64,000 nucleotides of DNA from Octopus sinensis (Eukaryota). The stretch is taken from NCBI RefSeq assembly GCF_006345805.1, contig NC_043002.1, positions 18,042,001 through 18,106,000 of the forward strand. Reading direction: 5' to 3'. The notes beneath the pieces are model-generated. The model was not told where the DNA came from. It worked only from the letters and a program-made list of their open reading frames with translations, and did no database searches. Shown here in pieces: positions 38,051 through 49,950 of this stretch (the first letter of the stretch is position 1; each line of letters begins with the position of its first letter). The position numbers and the translations under genes are program-made.

Positions 38051-38053
<3 letters not shown>
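36417..38053 (+). mobile_element. Near full-length Tc1-family (DD34E) transposon with ~225-bp IR/DR-type TIRs
   Basis: TA|CAGTTGCGGCTAAAATGTTCAGAAC .. GTTCTGAATATTTTGGCCGCAAATG|TA. The outer motif is repeated at the inner TIR ends (~36615-36640, ~37830-37855). Confidence 0.93.
36759..37782 (+). pseudogene. Tc1 transposase pseudogene
   Basis: MPLTPLTIRQQII..GRPRKTT..VHFRDDSKF..GGGSVMVW..FMQDNAPCHKA..WPAQSPDLNPIENVW; exactly 34 residues between the second D and the E. About four stops and one frameshift. Confidence 0.92.
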
Positions 38054-38094
<41 letters not shown>

Positions 38095-38096
<2 letters not shown>

Positions 38097-38465
38097 TATT
38101 GCTTTTCATATGGATTCCATGCTGGAGCACGACCTTTAGTCAAGCAAGTCAACCACAGGAATTATATTTTGTACGCCTAGTACTTATTCTATTGGGCTCT
38201 TTTGCCGAACTGCTAAGTTACGGGGACGTACGCACACCAGCATCGGATTTCAAGCAACGTTGGGGAACAAACACGCACACAAACTTATACATCTATATAT
38301 ATTCGAAAGGCTTCTTTCAGTTTCTGTCTACCATATCCACTCACAAGGCTTTGGTTGGTCCAAGGTTACAGTAGAAGACACTTGTCCAATGTTCCATGCA
38401 GAGGGACTGAACCGGGAACCATGACGTTGGTAAGCAAGCTACTTACCACGCAGCCACTCCTGCGC
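38095..38465 (-). mobile_element. Abundant ~500-bp SINE (internal TA/TG microsatellite)
   Basis: Reverse complement of the family at 51120-51613 and 52603-53012. Confidence 0.85.
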
Positions 38466-38492
38466 CTCTCTTTCTCTCTCCCTCTCTCTCCC

Positions 38493-38570
<78 letters not shown>

Positions 38571-39284
38571 GATTCCGTGTAGGCAGGCACAAACATACAC
38601 ACAGAAACAAATACATATACAGAGACAGACAGACAGACAGACGGAAGGACGGACGGACGGACAGACAAATAGATAGATAGATAGATACTAAAAGTGAAGG
38701 AAATTACGGACCTATTGTCTGTTGAATTGGATAAGATTCTCCACCAAACTGAATTGAACATTTATGAATTAAACTTACAACCGCTCCTCTCCTAATTTGA
38801 TCGACTACTCTTGCCTTTGATAGTGCGATACATTATGCTACAGTAATTTACTATGACTACCTAATGTAGCGTATTTATAGCTTAAGAAGCATTTGACTGA
38901 TTACTATAGACATTAATGCGACAGTGTAGCCATATTGTATATGACTTTCTTTGATTCTTTCTTAGCAAGCCAGTTTATATGGAAAATAGTAACATATTGA
39001 AAACGTGAGGTTACGACAAAGGTAATTTGAGGTCAGAGGTGATAACCTAACAGAATTGGTTTGACCTTTAATTATTTCTTCTTGTTGGCTACATATATAA
39101 ACATGTAAGCACAAACGCACTCACAAACGCATTAATGATACTCATAAATAGTCGTACATAGGCAAACGTAAATAAACACACATACACAGATGCACATACA
39201 TATCAATTAATATATTACATAGAGCTTATTCTCTTTCTCTCCCTCTTTTTATCTCTCCCTCTTACCGTTGTGTATATGCGTATG

Positions 39285-39305
39285 AGTGTATGTGCGTATC
39301 ATATG

Positions 39306-39341
<36 letters not shown>

Positions 39342-39362
39342 CATATGATACGCACATACACT
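39285..39362. repeat. Perfect 78-bp palindrome centred on (AT)15
   Basis: AGTGTATGTGCGTATCATATGTTC-(AT)15-GAACATATGATACGCACATACACT. Confidence 0.95.
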
Positions 39363-39403
39363 AATACGTATATATATATAACAAAGTAAAGTTGGAAAGT
39401 ACC

Positions 39404-39632
39404 TATTTCTTTTCTACCCACAAGGGGCTAAACACAGAGGACAAACAAGGACAGACGAACGGATTAAGTCGATTATATCGACCCCAGTGCGTAACTGGTA
39501 CTTATTTAATCGACCCCGAAAGGATGAAAGCCAAAGTCGACCTCGGCGGAATTTGAACTCAGAACGTAGCAGCAGACGAAATACTGCTAAGCATTTCGCC
39601 CGGCGTGTTAACGATTCTGCCAGCTCGCCGCC
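39404..39632 (-). mobile_element. tRNA-derived SINE (family of 24985-25215) with 12-bp TSD
   Basis: TSD TTGGAAAGTACC (39392-39403) and TTGGAATGTACC (39638-39649). Confidence 0.9.
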
Positions 39633-39802
39633 CTAACTTGGAATGTACCGCACGAGTGAAAATATATATAGAAGAGGAATAGAAAATGTAGAGGTCTTTT
39701 AAAGATGATAATTGACTTGACCGGTTTCCCTTCTTTTTAGAAAAAGATTTTCAAAAGTAAAGTGCAAGGTTTCGTGTAGCCTTTGTCATGTTAAAAATTA
39801 GT

Positions 39803-39901
39803 TCCTTGGGCAAGTGTCTTCTACTATAGCCTCGGGCCGACTAAAGCCTTGAGAGTTGACTTGGTAGACGGAAACTGTAAGAAGCTCCTCGTACATATGT
39901 G

Positions 39902-39959
<58 letters not shown>

Positions 39960-40167
39960 GTGTTTGTTCCACCAATATCACTTGACAACCGATGCTGGTG
40001 TGTTTACGTCCCCGTAACATTAACGGTTTGGCAAAAGAGACCGATAGAATAAGTACTAGGCTTACAAAGAATACGTCTTGGGGTCGATTTGCTCGACTAA
40101 AGGCGGTGGTCCAGCATGGCCACAGTCAAATGACTGCAACAAGTAAAAGCGTAAAAGGAGTAAAAGA
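39803..40167 (+). mobile_element. 5'-truncated copy of the ~500-bp SINE
   Basis: Starts TCCTTGGGCAAGTGTCTTCTACTATAGCC and ends in GTAAAAGA-type tail repeats. Confidence 0.85.
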
Positions 40168-41167
40168 ATATATATATATATATATATATAACAAAGTAAA
40201 ATTGGAAAGTACCGCACGAGAGAAAATATATAGGAAAGAGGAATAGAAAATGTACAGGTCTTTTAAAGATGATAATTATCTTGACCGGTTTCCCCTTTTT
40301 TTTAAAAAAGATTTTCAAAAGTAAAGTGCAAGGTTTCCTGTAGTCTTTGTGATGTTAAAAATTAGTAAACATAGATGTATTGAAATACAGTGATAGTGTC
40401 TTTCACACTGATAAGAAAATGTTAAGAAATACAATCTTTGACAATGATAAAAAAAATGTTAAGAGAGGCTTTGTGTTTAAACAGTTTGCATAAGTGTTCA
40501 AAATAGACAGTAAAATAAGTTCATATTTCTTTATAAGTTCATCAGAAATCATAATTGTTTATAAGGATATATACAGAAAGAATTTGTATACAGTATTTGA
40601 TTGGAGAATGTGTGTATTGCTTTGTCAAAAGATTTATCAGAAATAATTGTTTTAAGAGGAATGACCAACCTTTCTTCTTCATCTCCAGTTTCGTATGTGT
40701 TTTGCAAGGATGGTTGCTATTTTTAGAAATAGTGTGAGAGTTTGGTTGGTAGCAGTCACATGATCTAATTTCGAATAATTTGTGGAATCAAAAATATTTT
40801 TTTTGTTTCCGGGCTAGTCTGTCATGGTTCGGTGGTTTTTCGACTGGCCTTTTTGTTGAGCTTTCGTTGACGAAAACATTTCATGGGAACTATTCGATTG
40901 ACATCCACCTGATGCTTGGTGAGAGACAATATGCTTCGAATAGATCAATAACGCTGACTGGCAATTGGCACCATTTTAAAAGAGCCAAATCAGTTGCAAG
41001 CGTTTGGACCGTGTCTCTAGGACGAGAAGAACTTGAAATTTTGTTGCAGTTTCTTACTGCAATTATCCATACGTTGTGTGTCTTTACAGTTTTCTCTGCC
41101 AGTGTCGGAGGCTGATCTGTCTCTTTAAACCAGCCACAATATTTTACATTCAATATGTTTTTGGAGA

Positions 41168-41338
41168 AGGGCAACGAGCTGGCAGAATCATTAGCCGAGG
41201 TCGACTTTGCCTTTCTACCTTTCGGGGTCGATTAAATAAGTACTATTTACGCACTGGGGTCGATGTAATGGACTTAATCCCTTTGTCCTTGTTTGTCTCC
41301 TCTGTGTTTACTCCCTTTTGGGCAATAAAGAAATAAAT
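41168..41338 (+). mobile_element. Internally deleted SINE (family of 24985-25215)
   Basis: GAGCTGGCAGAATC..GAGGTCGACTTTGCC..GCAATAAAGAAATAA. Confidence 0.85.
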
Positions 41339-42095
41339 ACATTTGTTGAGAGTTAAGGCTCTTACTACAGTTACATTAGTGAGCTTGCCAAAGCGATAGT
41401 GCAATGTTAATAACCGGTTATATACATTAGGTTCTTTGCCCAGCATTCTAAGCATGTCCCCAATTTTGAAGTTTGTATTTTTGCGACTTTGCAAGCGAAT
41501 TCTATAGTGGGGTCCATAAATTAACGCCAGATTTCGTTTTTCTCTTTGGAGGAATACATAGTCTTTTGAATCAACTCTAGCATATTACTGAATCCTGTTT
41601 TATTGATACATAATTTAATAACTTATATGATTTTTATGTACAGAATTTTCATGAACGGTTTCTGTACGATCTGGGTAATAAAGGAAGCAAACAAATGGGA
41701 AATAGGGAAATATAATTTGTTCAGGAGGATATACAAAAGTGAGTTTCCAATTCTTATGAATGACTGAATTCCTAATATCACAACACCATCATTAGTAAGA
41801 AACCCCATTTGCATTAATGAAGTGTGTTGGATATCATCGTAAATTGACTCGATGATTCGATAATAAGGTCGAGTAGAAATTATCTTATTTGATTAATTAG
41901 TCTATCACAACAAATTTGCCTAATGGCATCTCTATCACCTAATGGCATTTACATCACTAGATCATACTGCTTTGATCAACGTTATAAATATGATTTATGA
42001 ATTTCCACCCAAAGTATAAAGACAGCAACCACAAAATTCATCCTTCTCTATAATGAATACATATGCTAACGCACCTATTGATGCACACACACACA

Positions 42096-42137
<42 letters not shown>

Positions 42138-42292
42138 CACATACATACACACACACATTACATTACGCTATTGATTTACGCACACTTGTGCGCTCAAACA
42201 CATCATATGTGTATATATGTAGTTACATACGTATGCATGTATCGAAGTATATACATGTGTGTGCGTGCGTGCGTGTGTGTTTTTGTGGTAGC

Positions 42293-42344
<52 letters not shown>

Positions 42345-42944
42345 GTGTTGTGTATAGTTGAAAGGAAACTGATCCCATTGATGGTTCACGAAGTCCTTAT
42401 TGCACAGGAGGAGAGACGGATCAATAAGGAGCAGAATTTCAAAGCGTAATATAAATGGTTCGTATCCTACTAATGAAGTTGTGCCATAACAATTAATAAG
42501 ATTGTCACCTCGAAATATTTGAACAACCCAGAAATTTAACCTCAACGGAATTTGAACACAAATCATAAAGAGCTAGTACAAGCAAAGCGAAACAATTTGC
42601 GCGGTGCTCTACCGAGTCTGCCAAATTTACCGCCTTATGCTTAGACTTTGAAAAAGATACACTTACCGATTTCCGATTGTTATCAGATATTTATTCTGAT
42701 TTGGTTTCGAAGTCTAAATTGAAAGATGGTAATGCACTTATCCACTAAAAGCCTAAAATGAACGTCGCTTTGAAATTCAGACCATCAGTTTTCAGTTGAT
42801 CAATAAACTGAACTAGCAAGCTCATTGAATTAATCTCTAACTGACTGAGTATTCCACAGTCCGTGTACTCATATTATAATTCTCCGTTGCAATGTATGTC
42901 ACAAGACTGGGACTTTGAATTAATGAATTACAATATATACACGA

Positions 42945-43090
42945 CAGGCTTCTTTCAGTTTCCGTCTACCAAATCCACTCACAAGGCTTTGGTCGGCCCG
43001 AGGCTATAGTAGAAGACTCGCTCTTGTCAAAGCTGTCACGTAGTGAGATTGAACCCGGAATCATATGGTTGGGAAGGAAGTTTCTTACCA
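42945..43090 (-). mobile_element. 5' fragment of the ~500-bp SINE
   Basis: GGCTTCTTTCAGTTTCCGTCTACCAAATCCACTCACAAGGCTTTGGTCGGCCCGAGGCTATAGTAGAAGAC. Confidence 0.8.
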
Positions 43091-43149
43091 CAGAAGCTCG
43101 AAATTTCGAAGGCCCCCGTAACGTGTATTCTACCAAAAAGAAACTTGGA

Positions 43150-43447
43150 CACTATCTATCTATCCGCTCAGTCGAAGTCGACTCTCGGTTACTCGATGGA
43201 TCAGTGTCCTCCAGCCAGTTCTATCCTGGGCCGCTTCTTTCAGATTGGCTATGTCCATTCCGGTATCACTCTTGATGATGTCAAGACAGCGGGTTCTTGG
43301 TCGGCCTCTTCCTCTCTTGCCACTGACCATTCCGAGCATGATGTCCTTCTCCAGGGATTTTCTCAGCATAATATGACGAAAATATGCCAATCTATGCTTG
43401 GCGATCCTAGCTTCTAGTGACATTTTCGGCCTGATCTGCTTGGACAC
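43150..43447 (-). mobile_element. RTE-clade LINE 3' end
   Basis: RLAYFRHIM..SLEKDIMLGMVSGKRGRGRPRTRCLD..AAQDRTGWR, typical of the RTE ORF C-terminus, followed by a short GATA tail. Confidence 0.85.
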
Positions 43448-43493
43448 AACATGAAATAATTCAGTTCTATATTAAAGGGACGAAGAATTATGA

Positions 43494-43662
43494 ACATTAT
43501 TTTCATTTGACGCTTACTTGTCTTCATCTTGTTTGTTGTTAACACACCGTTTCGGCTGATATACCCTCCAGCCTTCATCATGTGTCCTCGGGAGATTTCG
43601 AATCTGGGTTCTCATTCCTAAGGTATTTTTCGATGTTATTATTATTTTTATTATTATTATTA

Positions 43663-43705
<43 letters not shown>

Positions 43706-43727
43706 GTCATTGTTATTATTAATGTTG

Positions 43728-43762
<35 letters not shown>

Positions 43763-43798
43763 GTTGTTGTTATTATATTATTATTATTATTATTGTTG

Positions 43799-43835
<37 letters not shown>

Positions 43836-43870
43836 CATTATTCAGTTTATTGGCTAGAATCGAACTTGGA
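43494..43870 (-). mobile_element. Hammerhead-tailed SINE, 5'-truncated copy
   Basis: Minus strand: partial head CCAAGTTCGATTCTAGCCAATAAACTG, (AAT)n, then the PLE tail with a mutated hammerhead at 43586-43541. Confidence 0.7.
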
Positions 43871-44134
43871 CATATGGCATAGTGGTTAAGAGCGTGGTCT
43901 ACTAACCCCAAGATTCCGAGTTCGATTCTAAGCAATGACCTGAATAATAATAATAATAATAACAATAATAACAACAACAACAACAACAACAACATCAAAA
44001 AGTACCTTAGGAATGAGAACTCAGGTTCAAAATTTCCCCAAGACACCTGAAGAAGGCTGGAGGGTATATCAGCTGAAGCGTTGTGTTGACAACGAACAAG
44101 ATGAGGACAAATATCCGTCAAATGAAAATAATGT
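43868..44134 (+). mobile_element. tRNA-headed SINE with Penelope-derived hammerhead tail
   Basis: A-box TGGCATAGTGG (43875-43885), anticodon-like loop CT-ACT-AA, B-box GAGTTCGATTC (43918-43928), (AAT/AAC)n linker, hammerhead motif at 44042-44087, PLE tail to 44134. Confidence 0.75.
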
Positions 44135-44356
44135 AAAAATGTATCAAATAAATCATTTTGTAAAGGTAGCATGCTAAAATGCAAACCATTTTATCAGATA
44201 TTTCAGAGATCAATATTCCGCCAACTTCTTACGTAACCACTTGAAATTGAAACACGCGTATTAAATACGTTCGAAGTATCAAAAATTGTTTTTTTATTAT
44301 TATTCAAATGTGTGTGTGTGTGAGTGTGTGTGTGCGTCTGTGTGTTTGTGTTTGTA

Positions 44357-44410
<54 letters not shown>

Positions 44411-44431
44411 CATATACAAACCGAGAGAGAG

Positions 44432-44462
<31 letters not shown>

Positions 44463-44856
44463 CAGGAAGAAAGGGAGAAAGAAGGAAAGAAAAAGAAATA
44501 CAGAAAAAAAGAAAGCAAGCAAGAAAGTGGAAAGCTTCGTAATGTAAGAAAAGAATTAATGATTTAATTTATATATATTATGCATGTGTATATATATATA
44601 CATATGTATATGTATGTGTGTGTGTGTATGTATGTTTGTATGCTTGTATGTATTAGAGAAAGCGACCACCAATAGAAGAAAACAACAAAGATGTATCCCG
44701 TGCTCCCACTGGCCATGTGCATTCCACGGTGACAGAGACAGAAGCCGTAGCGGTAGCTGTGGTAATAGTAGCAGGATGGACATGTTGAAAGTGGCAGCAG
44801 TGGAGAGAATTCTGGTTCTCGTAATAATCTCAGCAGCAGCAGCAGTAGCAGCAGCA

Positions 44857-44914
<58 letters not shown>

Positions 44915-45601
44915 TGTTGTTGTTGTTGTTGCTGTTGTGGTAAGGTTGAAAATCATTACCAGCTGTTGTCTTTTTCCAATCAGGACTCACGCCATTAGCC
45001 ACAAAGAATAATCTCTAATTCGAACCTACTCTAAGCTACTAGGAATGCGTGTGGCAGCTTGAAGATCCACCCACCACACGCGATAGATGGCGGTTGCACG
45101 GCCGCAAAATCTACGTTGTCATCCTCATTCCGTAAACGGTGGCTTTTAACGGGTGGAGAGCTGAACCATCCTGGAGTACAGGGGATTCGCAATCTAGACT
45201 AGGCTCTGAAAGTTTACCACACCATAGTAGGTTACACCATGGTTCCTCTGGTTTGTGGCAGAAGTAGGAAGAAAGAGTGAGAGAAAGTTGTGGTGAAAGA
45301 GTACAGCGGTGAAAGAATGAGAGGCGGTGACGTTGCATTCTTTTTATAGAGTTGTGGTGGTTTCACCGCTGTATCTGATTCAGATGCAGTAATAGCGCAT
45401 ATCACGTGATCTTTTACGACCCCGGGAATTATCTGATATGCCAATTACCTCATCAAACGACTTCATTGTCCCAAATCTCGAAAACGAAGAAATCCAACAC
45501 ATCCATCATCCACTGTTTCCTGAAGACAGCACATTTCAGCGAAAGAACACATTTAGTACATTCGCAACAGTTCTATATTTAAGAGATGAAGAATTATGTG
45601 T

Positions 45602-45800
45602 ATTATTTACATTATTTACATTTTACGGATATTTGTTCTCATCTTGTTCGTTGTTAACACAACGTTTCGGCTGATATACCCTCCAGCCTTTATCATGTTC
45701 GAAATTTCCCCAAGACACCTGATGAAGACGAGAAGGTATATCAGCCGAAATGTTCTGTTAACAACAAATATCCGTCAAATGTAAATAATGTAAATAATGT
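45602..45800. mobile_element. Inverted pair of hammerhead-bearing PLE tail fragments
   Basis: Minus copy 45602-45698 abuts plus copy 45712-45800; hammerhead motifs at 45698-45656 (-) and 45714-45759 (+), both mutated. Confidence 0.8.
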
Positions 45801-46115
45801 ATCCGCTACCTTCTTAACGTAAAAGTAATTTGCCGATCAAGAAATTTAATTCGCTCTATCTTTGCTTCTCGATGTCTCAGTTTATCGCACGCTTTCTATT
45901 TCTTTTGTCTCACTTTCATTGTGTTTTATATATTTCTCTCCTTATCTATCTGTGAAGATGCGTTGGTCTGAGCTCGGGGCATTGGAATAAAGATCAGAAG
46001 ACTTCAGGCTTTAATCCCGGATCGGGTGTACCGTTGTGTCTCTGAGTAAAATACTTCGTCACTCCAAACTATTCGGCTGAAGTCAGCGTCACTCGAGTAC
46101 TACTGTAGATTTCTC

Positions 46116-46176
<61 letters not shown>

Positions 46177-46940
46177 CATCTCCAAATGGTCGAGGGCGAG
46201 ACGATCGGAATGGGTGACTATTTCTGTTCTGGCTTATAGACACAAAAAGCTATTATTGAAAGCATAATGCATGCTTCCAAGTGGTTTTCGCTTTCGCCCA
46301 ACAGCTGTAGATGTTTTCTCTTCTTTTTGTGTGTGTGTTTTATTTATCTTTTCTACTTTAATGCTATAAACACTTCTTTCGCCTCTCCACTTTTCTCTTT
46401 CTTTCCATGTTTTTAGCTTCTCTTATCCTTTTCCGTTTCTGTAACCTTTTAACTTCTCTTACTGCCATTCTCTCATACAATTACTCCCCTTTACTTTCCT
46501 TCGGCTATCTCTAGCACCTTCTACTATTACTTTTCGTTCCTTTTCAATTCATTTTAATTAATTTAAACGCAATGTCAAATGTTGTATGTAGCTTTCTATT
46601 TAATTAGCGCTTCACACATTAATAAAATCGCTATTTTAACTTTAGAAAAATGAAGAAATATTATTTTAAATACATATAAAATTGCAAAGTAGTAGAAATG
46701 TACGAGTGGTTTTGCACATATATGTCTAATTCCAAAGCAAGAAGATACGGATATACGAAAATATATTAGAAAAATGGTAGAGAGAAAAATTAGAAAAATA
46801 GTAAAGAGAATACGAAAACTGAAATGATAGAGGTATAATTCATGCAAAGAACAGTCTGGTCTAAAGTTTATGTACACATTGGAGTCTGGAGTCATCTTGG
46901 AAATTTAAGTTTAAATGAGGAATGCAAAAGGCCCTTTGTA

Positions 46941-47290
46941 TTGGGTTATCCGGAAAGTTCGTGACGATTTTTAAAGGAAAGAAAAAGGTCAATAAATACT
47001 TGTCATTACATTTTTAATCAACCAAATATGAAACATTTTGTTGCACAATGCATCTACATCTTTCCTTTAACTTGAAAATACTCTCTTCCGAGAATTGAGG
47101 TGGTTTCATGGCAAAGAATTCATCAAGGTATCTTTTTACGTTATCCAAGGAATTGAAATTTTTACGATTAAGACTATTTTGCAGAAACCTGAATAAGTGG
47201 AAATCCGAACGAGCAATATCTGGTGAATATAGAGGGTGGGGTAGCACATCCCAGCCGAGCTACATGAATTTTTGTCTGGTTACCAAAGCA
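46941..47290 (-). mobile_element. mariner (DD34D-type) 3' fragment with terminal repeat
   Basis: LPHPLYSPDIARSDFHLFRFLQNSL..FFAMKPPQF..KLKERCRCIVQQN; terminus TA|TTGGGTTATCCGGAAAGTTC. Confidence 0.88.
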
Positions 47291-47929
47291 TCAAGTGGCG
47301 GAAATGAACTTTCTTATTTTCCATTTTAAAGGGTTACAGAATTAACACAGGTTAGAGGAGCATAAATCTTCTGAAGTGCAGCATTTTAAAGCGTTCTATA
47401 AGTAAAATCATCTCATGATTCTTTTCGGCATACTGTTAAAATTCTGTGAGCCATCCAATTCGCTTCAGTTTTCGCGCTGAAGATTTCGAGCATTGAGCAG
47501 AACAGATTTACTCTGATATGGAAATAAGGCAAATAGATGAACTGTGCAATGTATTTCTTATCGACGTTGAAAACCAAGCCCAATGGTGGAAATAGTCAGA
47601 AACTATAAAAATATCACATACTTATATTTACCTAAACAAATTGAAGTAAATAAGCTTACTGTGAATAATTTTATCCGGTGCCCTTCATATTCTACTGAGA
47701 ACAATCTGGATAGCTAATTATTTCTTACATCAGGATAAAGTTACACACCTCATGAGGACCAATATAGCAGGTTGATTCAGAAGTCTTGTTTTGATTTTCA
47801 CTGTATAGTTTTGGCAACTTGTATCTCCAAGTTATCTCATTGATTTGATATAACTTGTCCAATTGTCGCTGAATTGTTTATTCTTTATTTTCATATATAA
47901 CACATGAACATTAATTGTTTATTTTTTTT

Positions 47930-48900
47930 TTGCTTTACAGCTTTGATGATAAGTGGTGAAACATTTGAAATTGGAGCCATCTTACGCTACTTGTACAAAA
48001 AGAAAAGAGTGCATGCGCAACAGCAAAAGAAATTCAGGAACTGTCAACGAACGTGTGGCTCAAAACTAGTTCAGACGCTGTGAGGAACGTGACTCCAACT
48101 GCAAAGACAAATTAATGTTAGAGAGATTTTTTGATGTGGAAGATGACGCTTTGCTTGAAATGCCTGAACAACAGCCAGGCACAGGCACATTGTCGACAGA
48201 ACTCGGCCTCCACAAAGTACCATCTATTGATAACCCCATAAGCTCGGCCTTGTGAACAGACGCTGTCGAGAAGTTCCTCATGAACTGACCAGTGAACAAC
48301 TTCAACTATGTATGAATGTTTGCAAACAACTGTTAAAAAACCCGAGAGATGCCCGCTTGGGGCGTCAAATTGTAACGGGAGATGAAACATGGATTTGTTT
48401 TTGTAATCCTAATAAGAGATAGCAGTGGATTCTTTGCGGCCAGACTCCAGAAACTGCTGTCAGAAAAGGTTAGTTTAAACACAGTCAAGTTGTGTGTTTT
48501 GGGGGTTTCGAGTGAGTGTGGCTCTTTGAGCTTGTCCGAGATGGTCATGCTGTGAACGCTAGCTTTTATGCTCAACAACGTCAGTGAGCATATGATAGTT
48601 TGAAAGCCCGCTACCTAGCATTGGTCTATCAAAGATGCATACTCCTATAGTATGACAATGCCCAAGCACAAATTTCCAATAGTACCAATCGCAAACTTGA
48701 ACTTGGGGAGCTGGTAGTGCTGTCTAATCCTACCAGCATGCACGGAGGTTTACCAATGTACATTAGGTTGAAAATGGGTGCAAGGAGTTTCTTTTTACCT
48801 CTAAACCAGCCAAATGGTGTAAGCGTGGACCTGAGCTTCTGGCACAATATTTGCAACAGATTATAGGATATGATGGGCTATGTTTCGATGAATAAACACT
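47930..48900 (+). pseudogene. Heavily decayed mariner transposase
   Basis: EVPHELTSEQLQLCMNVCKQLL..RQIVTGDETWICF, later YYDNAQAQ; many stops and frameshifts. Confidence 0.75.
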
Positions 48901-49645
48901 TTCCGTATCTAATTTGCTTGAACTATTAATTCCAGCTTGAAATACGAAAAAAATGTTGAACTGGTAGTCGAATAAATTCCGTGCGTAAAGTGATCCAAAG
49001 AAGATTTGAACCTAAATCTAGAAGAAAACAACAGATTGCATTAACATATTTAATCCATCACTCCAAAGTTTTCGATTTTATCAGCACTGAAACCAAATTT
49101 CCAACACAAATACCAAACTGAAGTATAACATACATACACACATGGGCATGCATCATCGCACATACACAGTTACACTCAACTATCAATACTATAAGAAAAT
49201 TAGACAGCCTCCTTAAGTACTAATTATTATTCTCCAGGCGCATTAAAGACGAAACGAAACAAACAGTAGTTCTGATTAACGTAACGATTCTCTTTAAAAT
49301 GTGCCTTCATATATTCCTAAGTCCTTTCGTCAATTCGATCCACTGAACCCAAGGAAGTTGTCGCTAATGGAACATTAAGATAATATCAAATGTTTTTGAA
49401 TGTAGCTGAAACTTAATTCAAATAAACTGAATTAAGTATCAGCAATATTATCAAATTTTGTTGTTGTTGTTGTTGTTGTTGCTGTTGTTGTTGGTGGTGG
49501 TGGTGTTGGCGGTGTTGTTGGTGGTGTTGTTGTTGTTGTTGATGATGATGATGTTATTGTTATTTAGCCTACTTTTAACCCTGACTAAGCAGGTATATTA
49601 CCACAGATGTTCCAGTCATTACTCTTTTGCATAGATTTTTCAGGT

Positions 49646-49950
49646 GTGGAGGCACATGGCCCAGTGGCTAAAGCAGCGGACTCGCGTTCGACGGATCGCG
49701 GGTTCGAATCTCAGACCGGGTGATGTGTGTGTGTTTATGAGCGAAACACCTAAGCTCCACGCGGCTCCGGCAGAAGGTAATGGCGAAGTTCTGCTGACTC
49801 ATTCGCTACAACTTTCTCTCACTCTTTCCTCCCCTCATCTTGCAGCTCAACTGAGACGGACCGGCGTCCCGTTCAGGAGGGAAACCTATACCCCAAGGAA
49901 ACTGGGAAACCGGCCCTATGAGCCAGGCATGGCTCGAGAAGGAACAGACA
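49646..49950 (+). mobile_element. tRNA-derived SINE (family of 16576-16888)
   Basis: GTGGAGGCACATGGCCCAGTGG..GGGTTCGAATCTC. Confidence 0.88.

Noticed and set aside
43868-43942. tRNA-Ser(ACT)-like gene
   Set aside because: No complete cloverleaf or acceptor stem, and it continues into a repeat body, so it is a SINE head. The same applies to the heads at 5863, 17458 and 49646.
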